Below, piece by piece: positions 10,907 through 19,418 of a DNA stretch of 64,000 bases. The translations under genes and the position numbers were made by a program. The DNA is taken from assembly GCA_963827805.1 (NCBI GenBank), contig CAWHCC010000003.1, positions 491,186 to 555,185 on the forward strand, given 5' to 3'. Source of the stretch: an uncultured Chloroflexia bacterium (GTDB lineage Bacteria; Chloroflexota; Anaerolineae; Anaerolineales; UBA11858). The notes beneath the pieces are model-generated. The model did no database searches, was not told where the DNA came from, and worked only from the letters and a program-made list of their open reading frames with translations. Each line of letters begins with the position of its first letter. Within the stretch, counting starts at the first letter, position 1.

Positions 10907-10962
10907 TTTCATCCTATCACAATGGACAAGGTAACTCTGTGTGTACATGAAACTATGAAACT

Positions 10963-11015
10963 TAAAATCCGCCGGTAGCAATACCTTGTGGGTTCGACCC
11001 CCACCCGGTCTACCT
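10963..11015 (+). repeat. tRNA-3'-end-like module, copy A (GNRA hairpin + T-arm + acceptor-like tail)
   Basis: TAAAATCC..GGTAGCAATACCTTGTGGGTTCGACCCCCACCCGGTC: 37 nt (10974-11010) are identical to 32649-32685. It contains a GGTA-GCAA-TACC hairpin and a GTGGG-TTCGACC-CCCAC T-arm. Confidence 0.7.
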
Positions 11016-11020
11016 AGAGT

Positions 11021-11056
11021 AAAAATGGTGATCGCTGGCCAGCGATCACCATTTTT
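11021..11056. terminator. Bidirectional rho-independent terminator
   Basis: It is a perfect 18+18 palindrome, AAAAATGGTGATCGCTGG/CCAGCGATCACCATTTTT, with A/T runs on both sides. It lies after the tRNA-like module (+) and after the HD-GYP gene (-). Confidence 0.7.
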
Positions 11057-11177
11057 ATCCATTACTTTAGAGAATCCTTTGGGGTAATTGAAGATGCTGA
11101 CTTTGATGCTTCTAAAACAAATTTACCATTGTTGGGGCAAATTCAAGCTCTGGAAAAATGCGATCACAACTTTAGGA

Positions 11178-13070
11178 TCATAAAGGGTTCCCGCATTTTT
11201 TTTTAATTTCATCTATCACATCAACAAGTTCCAGCGGTTTTTTATACGGTCGTTCATCCATCATCGCCGAGAATGAGTCCACTACACTGACAATACGTGC
11301 CCCGAGTGGAATTTCTTCTTTGGCAGCCCCATGTGGATACCCAGAACCATCATATCTTTCATGGCTGTATTCAATAATTGGAGCAATATGTGTTAATTTT
11401 TTGATGGGTGAAATCATCTCTGCACCCATTTGTGGATGCCGGTAGATGATTTCCCATTCGGCCTCTGTCAAGGTTGTCGGTTTTAATAAAATCGCATCCG
11501 GAATACCAATTTTCCCAATGTCATGGAGTAATCCACCCCAATAGATGGCGTCAATATCTTCTTGCGAACATCCTAAAACCCTGGCTGTCTCGGCTGCCAT
11601 ATTCGCGATTTGCTGGCTATGATCACTTGTGTAGGTATCTCGAACATCAATTGCATTTGCGAGCGCAACAACAGTCTGTTCAAATGTATCTTCAAGCTCT
11701 TCGTATAACCTTGCATTCTCAACCGCAACGGCGGTCTGATTCGCCAATGTTGTCAATGTCCGTTGATCGTCTTGGGAAAAGGATTCCGCAGATTTTTTTG
11801 GGCCAACTGTCATAACACCAACCAAATCCTCTTTGGCGAGCAAGGGGATGTATAACTCTGCCCCAAGATTATCAAGGGTCTCGCGTTCTCTTACCCATAG
11901 AGATTTAAAAAGAGGGGAGATATTTAGAGTTTGCTTGGTAAGTACCTGTTTATTTTGACTGAGCCAGGATGCAATCGGATGATCTGACCTAATATTTTGG
12001 GTAATATCGTCATCGAAACCAATCTCATCTAGAACTTGAAAATTTCCATTTTGATTTTTCCTAATAAACATCGCTGCAGATTCAAGCTGCAGGACATCGA
12101 TGACTTCAGATAAAATAACATTCGAGATCTTGTCTAAATCGAGGAGAGTGGCCGTCATTTCACTAAGCCGTTGGAGCATTAGACTAGCGTTGTACTTTTC
12201 TCGATAGAACAGACGGTCGATCCAGGTTTGGGCAAAATTCCTTAATGGATCGAATAAAACCGCAAATAGGATCGCGATTAGTATCGAAACAAATAAAACA
12301 TCACCCGTTTGCTGTGGTTGGAAAATTCGAATCACAATCGATATGCTTAGATAATAAATAGCTCCAAGGACCCCGGTCGTAACTGTATAAAGCAAACCAG
12401 CTCGGATTACGAGGCGAATATCCAATAATTGATGACGCAGGATTGCATATGCAATCAGCAAAGCGGAAATACCATTCGCAGTGATATCGATGGGGTATTT
12501 CCCAAGTGGTGTAAAATTGGCTATTGTTCCGAGGATGATGATGAGCAGGCCGAGTATAAGGTAACGAAATCGATTACGCTGAACTGGATTATCAATTTGA
12601 CGGTAACGTGTGATTAATTCCCCTAGTTTTATAAATACCAACGCATACCCCGGTAAAGCGACAAAAACTATCGTTGGATTTAACACATAATTAAGCTCAC
12701 CAGATTCATTTAGAAAAGCACCTTTTGCTACAACATCCGTGAAGATAGTTAGGATTACTGCAAAAATTCCATACCAATAAACCAAGGGCGCCCAGCGGAG
12801 ACGTCTAGAAAAAAGTGTTTCGATAAAATAAAATATGCTGATCCCCATGGTTATTCCAGCCGCCGACATCAACCTGAACCAAAATAAAGTACTCCCCAAA
12901 CCTGTTACAACCAAAAACGCACTTGCAGACCACACGAACATGGTCAACAGATAGATAGAAAATGATTCTCGCAACTGTGTCCGAGGTTTTGAAGTAATCA
13001 CCACGACAAACAGCACCCCGTATAAAATAGATGCCGTTATCGAGACGATGGCTGTGATTCCTGAACTCAT
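11178..13070 (-). CDS. Membrane-bound GAF / HD-GYP domain protein (cyclic-di-nucleotide phosphodiesterase family)
   Basis: About 260 aa of multi-TM N-terminus is followed by a central GAF-like region. The C-terminal part has LLHDIGKIGIPDAILLKP and YSHERYDGSGYPHG (HD-GYP signature). Confidence 0.85.
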   Translation of the reverse strand: MSSGITAIVSITASILYGVLFVVVITSKPRTQLRESFSIYLLTMFVWSASAFLVVTGLGSTLFWFRLMSAAGITMGISIFYFIETLFSRRLRWAPLVYWYGIFAVILTIFTDVVAKGAFLNESGELNYVLNPTIVFVALPGYALVFIKLGELITRYRQIDNPVQRNRFRYLILGLLIIILGTIANFTPLGKYPIDITANGISALLIAYAILRHQLLDIRLVIRAGLLYTVTTGVLGAIYYLSISIVIRIFQPQQTGDVLFVSILIAILFAVLFDPLRNFAQTWIDRLFYREKYNASLMLQRLSEMTATLLDLDKISNVILSEVIDVLQLESAAMFIRKNQNGNFQVLDEIGFDDDITQNIRSDHPIASWLSQNKQVLTKQTLNISPLFKSLWVRERETLDNLGAELYIPLLAKEDLVGVMTVGPKKSAESFSQDDQRTLTTLANQTAVAVENARLYEELEDTFEQTVVALANAIDVRDTYTSDHSQQIANMAAETARVLGCSQEDIDAIYWGGLLHDIGKIGIPDAILLKPTTLTEAEWEIIYRHPQMGAEMISPIKKLTHIAPIIEYSHERYDGSGYPHGAAKEEIPLGARIVSVVDSFSAMMDERPYKKPLELVDVIDEIKKKCGNPL

Positions 13071-14686
13071 AAAGTTTTGCTAGATGACTTTATCGATAGA
13101 AGTTTTTCCATAATATGATCTTTTGGTTGCATATGAGGGGGCTTGTAATGACCCAGATCCGCTCCTGCTTTTTGTTGTGCCTCCATATAAGCGGAAAACG
13201 AACCAGGTGTAAGAAGCGATACTTTCAAAGGATTATGATTTAACATTAATTTATAATCCTGAAATTCAGTTACTTGTCGTGATAAATGTTTGTCTATTAG
13301 TTCATACACTCCAGATTCAGAGCTAGGAGCCCCGGGATTCAACTCGAGGTAGATATGCAAAATTGGGTTGTCTTCGATAATCTCTTTTCTGGCGACCCAA
13401 TCGAAATAAATGATACCTGTTTCTTCGATCGCTTTCCAAATATCCTTCTCTGAAAAGCGAACCATGCTAGCAATATCAATTATGTCGATATCTCGTGAGT
13501 AGTATCGGACTTGAGGAAGAGTGCTCTTGATTTCTTCATCTCCAATAGAGATGACCTCAAACATATCTCCAACTCTATAACGCATAAATATTCCCCCATG
13601 GAAATTGCTAAAAACCAGCTCATAAATACCCACCTCTAGTTCGTCGAAAAGTACAGTCTTAACAGGGTGATCTGGATCCTTTTCTTGCTTGATGAGATCC
13701 TCCATGGGAATAAACTCCAGAAAACAGCAGTCTGGGAAAAAAGTCATCCCTTTAAAATTCCAGGATTGCATGCACATTGTTCCAGCTTCCGTGCTGCCAT
13801 AGCCTTCTAATGGCTCTAATCCCCAATAATGTTTGATTTTTTTACGATAAATTTCCGTGTCAGTTCCCCCTGTCATTACCCCTTTCAACTTCCAAATGTC
13901 TTTTGGTAGTAAGTTATTATTGTTAAATTTCGATTTTAATAGTGCTTTTATCAATCTCCATAACACGTATGGATTCAAATGCTGTAAGGATAACTTAGGA
14001 CTATTATTATTTGAAGATTCTTCAAATTGAGCACCTACTCTTGCCAACACACTTGCAATACCATAAAAATAGTCTACACCTTCTCGCATGGCCAAATTGA
14101 ATCCTGCCGCGATCCGTTCAGCAAAATCCATATTCTCACCTTCTTCTAAAGATGGTAAAAATTTCACATCCAACTGATCGTTTGTTGCCCGAGAAACATA
14201 ACCGGATATAAACGGGGGAGGAGCTGTAGCCAGGAGAATCCTATCATTCAATTGTAATTTGACATCTCCCGGTTCTGAACAAGCTGACATCATCATCGCT
14301 CCGATTACTGAATCAGCTAACCGATCATAAAATTGTTTTGTAATCGGAATCCATTTCGGGCCACCTCCGGAAGACCGGCCAGAAGTACGTCCCCAGTCAT
14401 ACGGTTTAACCGGAAGCACATCCTCATTCTTTCCAGAAAGCAAAGGTTCATAATCTGGGTATGTCGTCAATGGCACAGTTTCCCGAAATTCATCAACCGT
14501 TTGTGGAATCTGATCGCCTAAAATCGATTTGCCAATTTCCGATGATCCTAACAGCGTTAGCTGTTCGAACAACAATCGTTTTTGGATTCCCATGAACTCT
14601 GGTAATGTAAGGTGGATATATCCGCAATACATCTCCCAAAGCTCTGATTTTCTACCTTCTCGTAACATTTTGCTGGCTTTCTTCAT
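13067..14686 (-). CDS. GH3-family (ANL-superfamily) acyl-adenylate-forming enzyme
   Basis: GH3-like motifs are TSGRSSGGGPKWIP, EGYGSTEAG and RYRVGDMFEV. The length is 539 aa. ATGA overlaps occur with both neighbouring genes. Confidence 0.65.
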   Translation of the reverse strand: MKKASKMLREGRKSELWEMYCGYIHLTLPEFMGIQKRLLFEQLTLLGSSEIGKSILGDQIPQTVDEFRETVPLTTYPDYEPLLSGKNEDVLPVKPYDWGRTSGRSSGGGPKWIPITKQFYDRLADSVIGAMMMSACSEPGDVKLQLNDRILLATAPPPFISGYVSRATNDQLDVKFLPSLEEGENMDFAERIAAGFNLAMREGVDYFYGIASVLARVGAQFEESSNNNSPKLSLQHLNPYVLWRLIKALLKSKFNNNNLLPKDIWKLKGVMTGGTDTEIYRKKIKHYWGLEPLEGYGSTEAGTMCMQSWNFKGMTFFPDCCFLEFIPMEDLIKQEKDPDHPVKTVLFDELEVGIYELVFSNFHGGIFMRYRVGDMFEVISIGDEEIKSTLPQVRYYSRDIDIIDIASMVRFSEKDIWKAIEETGIIYFDWVARKEIIEDNPILHIYLELNPGAPSSESGVYELIDKHLSRQVTEFQDYKLMLNHNPLKVSLLTPGSFSAYMEAQQKAGADLGHYKPPHMQPKDHIMEKLLSIKSSSKTL

Positions 14687-15426
14687 GGCTCTCCCTCGAT
14701 GGATTTTTCTGCATGGATAATCAGTGCACTTGGTATCCAGAAGCGTTTTGTTTCTAGTTTAACAATTGAAATATTCTTAAATTCAAAATATTTTAATAAG
14801 ATGTTCCATTCTTTTTTAGATCGCACATTTGAAATTGCATCTGCTTCTGCCCATGCTCGATTTGGGCTTTCCTGAAACAGATAATAAATAAAAGCAAATA
14901 TTCTGAGAACCCGCTTTACACCTGGGAGCTTCCAAAGATTAGAACTTCCAACATCAGCAAATGCTAACATACCGCCAACCCTCAAAATACGATGGACTTC
15001 ATACAAAAGACGCTCAACATCCATGTGGTGGGTTGCCAGGCCACAGAAAACCAAATCATAAGTTTTCGCGGCGTAAGGCATTTCCATTGCCGATGCGCAA
15101 GTAAAGTCAATGGTTGTTGGAGATTTGCTTTGTTGATATAAATGATTTGCTCTGATAAGCATCGAATGTGTGATATCTAAACCATGAATTCGATAGCCAT
15201 TCTCTCCGATCTCCTTTATCATTCTGGGGATCTTACCAGTTCCCGTGGCAATATCTAGGATATCAAAATCCTCTTTTATTGGTGTCAAGCGAATGAGTGT
15301 ACGGATAAATTCTTGGTAACTCCATCCCCAAAATCTCTGCAATTCAAGGTTAACAGTTTCCTCATAATTTGGAGTCATCTCCGTAAAGGTTTGAATAATT
15401 TTTTCTTTATCATCCATGACGGTCAC
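14683..15426 (-). CDS. Class I SAM-dependent methyltransferase
   Basis: Motif I is ILDIATGTGKIP. The downstream YDLVFCGLATHHM and GGMLAFAD stretches are typical of the Methyltransf_11/UbiE-like fold. Confidence 0.8.
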   Translation of the reverse strand: MTVMDDKEKIIQTFTEMTPNYEETVNLELQRFWGWSYQEFIRTLIRLTPIKEDFDILDIATGTGKIPRMIKEIGENGYRIHGLDITHSMLIRANHLYQQSKSPTTIDFTCASAMEMPYAAKTYDLVFCGLATHHMDVERLLYEVHRILRVGGMLAFADVGSSNLWKLPGVKRVLRIFAFIYYLFQESPNRAWAEADAISNVRSKKEWNILLKYFEFKNISIVKLETKRFWIPSALIIHAEKSIEGEP

Positions 15427-15571
15427 TTCATTGTATAGAATGTATCACATCTCAAGCATAAAGTTAAGATAATGGTAGTTATAGGAATTCTTCCTGATCG
15501 ATCATCGAGAATACCCGCCCTAAGGTATCATTCGAAGGGATACCCTTGGGTAGAAACAGATACTGCTGCAA

Positions 15572-15769
15572 TCAATTAAGGTTCTGATAGCCGATTTGCT
15601 CGATCTCGGCCCAACCATCGGCCCCACAGATGGTACCCAAGATGGCGATCGTGATAATATCAAACAACTGGTGTGTTACGTTTGGTCCTCTTGCGTCTGT
15701 TACATTGGAAAAATGCTCTGCGAAACTTCCAATCGGCTCTGTTTCCACGGTAATCCTCCTGATTCTCAT
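15572..15769 (-). pseudogene. ISAs1-family transposase N-terminal fragment
   Basis: FAEHFSNVTDARGPNVTHQLFDIITIAILGTICGADGWAEIEQ closely parallels the N-terminus of the ISAs1 copy at 17526. Only 65 aa remain. Confidence 0.7.
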
Positions 15770-16039
15770 TGGATTACTATGATCTCATTTTTTTATATGC
15801 GGTTGCCCTATAATTATAAACATTACAATAATCAGGTTTGGGTCATAAACGAGGGCCTGATGGACTATGTTACTCAGCAACGGATTTCGTTCATGAACTA
15901 CCGTATTCTATGACTGCAAGATTTGTACCCGTTGAGCCTAGATTTGTTTTAAATTTATGATCACGAAATCCGTCGATGAGGATTTCCAAAAAAAGTGGTT
16001 TCTTTCCACCCCAATGTAAAAACATTCCGATAAACTTAA

Positions 16040-16067
16040 TAAACAAAAGCGCGGGGTTTTCCGCACT
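16040..16067 (-). terminator. Putative rho-independent terminator downstream of the small ORF
   Basis: The minus strand reads GTGCGGAAAACCCCGCGC followed by TTTTGTTTATT. This is an imperfect GC stem plus a T-run about 40 nt after the stop at 16108. Confidence 0.4.
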
Positions 16068-16107
16068 CTTGTTTACTCGACACAAATTTTGTTTATTTCG
16101 TTAGTGA

Positions 16108-16257
16108 TTAATTTATCCCGAAATTTGATACTAGTATTATACCAACAACGATGAGGAAGACGACATTGAAGCCAGCAAAAATAATTGTAGCTAAAAACTT
16201 GGTTGTGCCTTTTATTTCACCAACCATATTATCAATTGGATCGCCGTTGTAATTCAT
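16108..16257 (-). CDS. Candidate 49-aa single-pass membrane peptide
   Basis: It is below the track's size cutoff. My translation is MNYNGDPIDNMVGEIKGTTKFLATIIFAGFNVVFLIVVGIILVSNFGIN*. GGAGAG lies 6 nt upstream of the ATG and a terminator-like hairpin lies downstream. Confidence 0.35.
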   Translation of the reverse strand: MNYNGDPIDNMVGEIKGTTKFLATIIFAGFNVVFLIVVGIILVSNFGIN

Positions 16258-16487
16258 TTTATCTCTCCATTATGTAAACCCAACAAATTTCAAATCCTGT
16301 TATCAATTTTTTGGTATCGAACTTTCACTACATAGAAAATTATATAGGTGGATACCCTGAAAAGATCATGGTTGTCCCGTCAACGGTTGGTAGCTCGCCT
16401 TACAATAATGTTAGGTATTCGAAAGGGTTGATATTGCGCACGATCGTGATTGTCGATCAAGAGGAGCCCAACACATTTTGATTTCAG

Positions 16488-17036
16488 CTAAGATATTGTG
16501 GGGTTACCTGTAAGCTTACATGAAAAATTCTTGGGCGCTAATCTGGCGTAGATCATAAACCAAAGCATGTAAAATGTTCTAAACACTTCATTTGAGACAC
16601 AATGGACTAAGAACCTGTGTTGGACACGCTTTGTCAAGAGTAAAGAAAGCTCTCCGGGTTTGGTTTCGAAACGCATTATGGCTTTCCCGGGACACAACGC
16701 GCGCTTCGGCGCAATATACTATCTCTACATAGTATAGCCACCCGTATAACCTACGGCTTCGATTTCCCGCATGATCACCACTGCATTCCACACTCCTTCT
16801 GACAGCAAGCGATCGATGGTAGGTTTGTAAGGTTCCAGTTTACTCGGTTGGCATTTCCGTTTCTTTTCAGGTGCACCTGCGCGTTTCAGCGCCCGGCTGA
16901 CCGTTTTAGGATGCACCCCAAGTTCTTCATCGATGTCTTTGAGATAGACACCCCTGTCTTTCAATGTTTTAATCACGATATAGTCCTCCTGATTGAGCAT
17001 GTTTTTGTACCTCCGAATTGGTGATTTAGGGTACAT
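16488..17036 (-). pseudogene. IS21-family IstA transposase remnant (HTH region plus degraded continuation)
   Basis: ORF 16725..17036 reads DYIVIKTLKDRGVYLKDIDEELGVHPKTVSRALKR...KLEPYKPTIDRLL...EIEAVGYTGGY (IstA N-terminus). The shifted-frame continuation RFETKPGE lies in ORF 16488..16697. No DDE core is present. Confidence 0.6.
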
Positions 17037-17060
17037 TGTATGCGCGATTTGGGGGACTTC

Positions 17061-17420
17061 TTACCACCGTTCCTGACACCGTTTCTCTTTGCGTTTCTTC
17101 GATACATAGCAGTGCACGCTCAATTCGCTACCGGCATAGCCCTGTTCCTGAAATGCCTGGTAGATTTTGTGGGCCGTGTATCTTTGTTTGCGCGGCAGGC
17201 TCTCGTTTTCTTCCAGCAACCGTTCAATCTCATCCTTGTAGGGACCCAACACCGGCGCTGCCCTCGGCTTGCTCAGCGAGTAGCTCTCCACCTCCGCCGA
17301 TCCCAACGCTTTCTTGATGGTTTTCGGTGAGCGATGGTATTCTCGAGCAATTTGGCGGATCGATTTGTTTTCGTTGAAATAGGCGTTGCGTATCTCTGCG
17401 CGGCCTTGCACTGCAATCAT
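17061..17420 (-). pseudogene. Second IS21-family IstA N-terminal fragment
   Basis: EIRNAYFNENKSIRQIAREYHRSPKTIKKAL...VLGPYKDEIERLLEEN...TAHKIYQAFQEQGYAGSELSVHCYV shows the IstA N-terminal architecture. It is truncated at 119 aa. Confidence 0.6.
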
Positions 17421-17525
17421 CTCCTGTCTCCATTACCTCTAAGGGGTTCCCTACATAGTAATTAGGGCAATCCCATGTAAAAAAAGCTGAGATAATGGTA
17501 ATCCAGAAAAAAACGGAGGATTACC

Positions 17526-18686
17526 ATGGTAGACAAACCGCTAAGCAGCTTAGCAGAGCACTTTTCCAACGTAAAGGACCCGCGAGGGCCAAATATCGAG
17601 CAGCAACTCTGCGATATCATCGCGATCGCCATCTGGGGCACGATCTGTGGCGCAGATGGTTGGGTTGAAATCGAGCAATTCGAACATCAGAAGCTGAAAT
17701 GGTTGAGCCAGTATCTGCAGCGAGGAAACGAAATTCCAGCGCATGACACCTTTAGGCGGGTGTTTTTACAGATTGAGCCCGAAGAATTCCAGGCCAGTTT
17801 CATGAAATGAGTCCAAGCCTTACATCAAGTCACCCAAGGACAGGTGATCGGGCGGGCTGGTAAACAATTACGTGGCTCACATGATCGCAGCCAAGGTAAA
17901 AGGGCGATCTACCTGGTGAGTGCCTGGGCAGAACAGAACCATCTGGTGCTGGGGCAGCGTCACGTGGCTGAAAAAAGCAATGAAATCACCGCCCTCCCGG
18001 ACTTGTTACGCTTGCTGGAGATCACAGGCTGCCTTGTGACCATCGATGCCATGGGCACCCAGACCAAGATTGCGAAACAGATCATCCAGGCGGAAGGTGA
18101 TTATCTCCTGGCGGTCAAACACAATCAAGGCCAACTCTACCGCGACCTGGAAATCTTATTCTCCTATGATCAGCAGCAGGACTTTCAAGCCGCCCCTTAT
18201 GATTATGCTAAGGAAGTTAAGAAAGGTCACGGACGCAGTGATGTGCGAGAGTGTTGGGCCACCTCCGATCCCGCATATCTGCAAAGTGTCACTTAGGCTC
18301 AGAAGTGGTCCCATCTGCAAAGCATCATCATGCTGGTCCGCCGCCGCATCATTGCTGGCGAGGAAACCGTCAAAACTCGTTGCTACATCTCTAGCCTGCA
18401 GCCCGATGCCAAACGGATCCTGAAAGCCTCTCTCCAACACTGGTCCATCGAAAATGGTCTCCACTGGGTGCTGGATATCGCTTTCAACGAAGATCTCAGT
18501 CGCGTTCGCAAAGAGCATGCTCCCGCTAATCTGACCGTCTTACGCCTTATGGCTGTCAACCTGCTCATATCATCCCAATGCTCTTACGGGAAACAGGAGA
18601 CTTCTGCCAAAGGCAGCATCAAAGCCAAACGCTTGCAGGCTGGTTGGAATGAAGATTATCTGCTTAAGGTTCTTTCTGGGGCATAA
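17526..18686 (+). pseudogene. ISAs1-family transposase with two in-frame stop codons
   Basis: Three ORFs (17526.., 17844.., 18330..) are all in the same frame. They are separated only by TGA 17808-17810 and TAG 18294-18296. ISAs1 hallmarks present: VSAWAEQNHLVLGQ, EKSNEITALPDLL, VTIDAMGTQTKIA, HWSIENGLHWVLDIAFNED. Confidence 0.8.
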
Positions 18687-18769
18687 TATGCGCTTGCCCT
18701 AATACGACAGATGGATTCGTGTAAGTTTGTAGGGAAGTATGGTGATGGCAGCAATTCATTCACAAATAG

Positions 18770-18778
18770 TGCTAAAAT
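18770..18778 (+). promoter_or_regulatory. Possible extended -10 element (TGCTAAAAT) for the TIR cassette
   Basis: TGnTAAAAT lies about 30 nt upstream of ATG 18810. I found no convincing -35 element. Confidence 0.3.
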
Positions 18779-18809
18779 ATCCTTATAAGCTTTCACAAAG
18801 GGTGAAGAT

Positions 18810-19412
18810 ATGGCGTATGAGTATGATGTTTTTCTAAGCTATAAGCGAGAGTTTGCTGAAAACTGGCTTACCGAGATTTTCCTGCCACGTTTTCGTTTTT
18901 ACCTGGAAGATCACCTGGGTGCACCACCAAAGATTTTCATGGATACATCTGGAGGTATCCGTTCTGGGGATGACTGGGAGTTGCGGTTGAGGTATGGGCT
19001 ATCAAGATCCAAGTGTTTGGTCGGTATCTGGTCGCCATCTTACTTTCAATCACGCTGGTGCCGCTTTGAATGTGAAGTGATGCTAGAGCGTGGCAAACAG
19101 CTTGGCTATCACACAGAAGAAGATCCTTCTGGCATTGTGCATGGTGTTGTTATCTCGGACGGACGAAATTTTCCAGAATATGCACAACGAATACAATATT
19201 TCAATAGTCGCAAGTATATGCTTGATGGTGGGTTCTACAAAGACACACCTGATTATGTCGAGTTTCAACATGAGCTAAGAACCTGGGTTGAAGATGTTGT
19301 GGAAAACATCTTTGAGAAAGTGCCACCCTGGTCAGAAGATTTTACTCAGATACCTGACAACACAATTGAAGTAAAACCGGTCGAGCATGTTAATCAACCG
19401 GTGATGGGGTAA
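18810..19412 (+). CDS. Stand-alone TIR-domain protein (200 aa) with uncharacterised C-terminal half
   Basis: YDVFLSYKREF forms the TIR betaA strand. A DW motif is present, and SPSYFQSRWCRFECEV matches the S-x-W-C-x-x-E segment that carries the catalytic Glu in NADase TIRs. The RBS is AGGGTGA. Confidence 0.75.
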   Translation: MAYEYDVFLSYKREFAENWLTEIFLPRFRFYLEDHLGAPPKIFMDTSGGIRSGDDWELRLRYGLSRSKCLVGIWSPSYFQSRWCRFECEVMLERGKQLGYHTEEDPSGIVHGVVISDGRNFPEYAQRIQYFNSRKYMLDGGFYKDTPDYVEFQHELRTWVEDVVENIFEKVPPWSEDFTQIPDNTIEVKPVEHVNQPVMG

Positions 19413-19418
19413 TGAGCT

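Noticed and set aside
10963-11015. Possible genuine tRNA gene (also 32638-32690), because of the perfect T-arm GTGGG-TTCGACC-CCCAC and acceptor-like tail.
   Set aside because: I could not find a complementary 5' acceptor strand (GGACCGG or G-U variants), a D-arm or a 5+7+5 anticodon arm upstream of either copy. There is also no encoded CCA. I report it as a tRNA-like repeat or candidate sRNA instead.
16725-17420. Two small HTH proteins as functional regulators.
   Set aside because: Both match the N-terminal architecture of IS21 IstA and stop where the catalytic domain should begin. I treat them as remnants.
17808-18296. Stop-codon recoding (Sec/Pyl or read-through) at the two in-frame stops of the ISAs1 gene.
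   Set aside because: There is no SECIS-like or PYLIS-like context, the two stop codons are different, and the gene sits among clearly dead IS copies. A pseudogene is the parsimonious reading.
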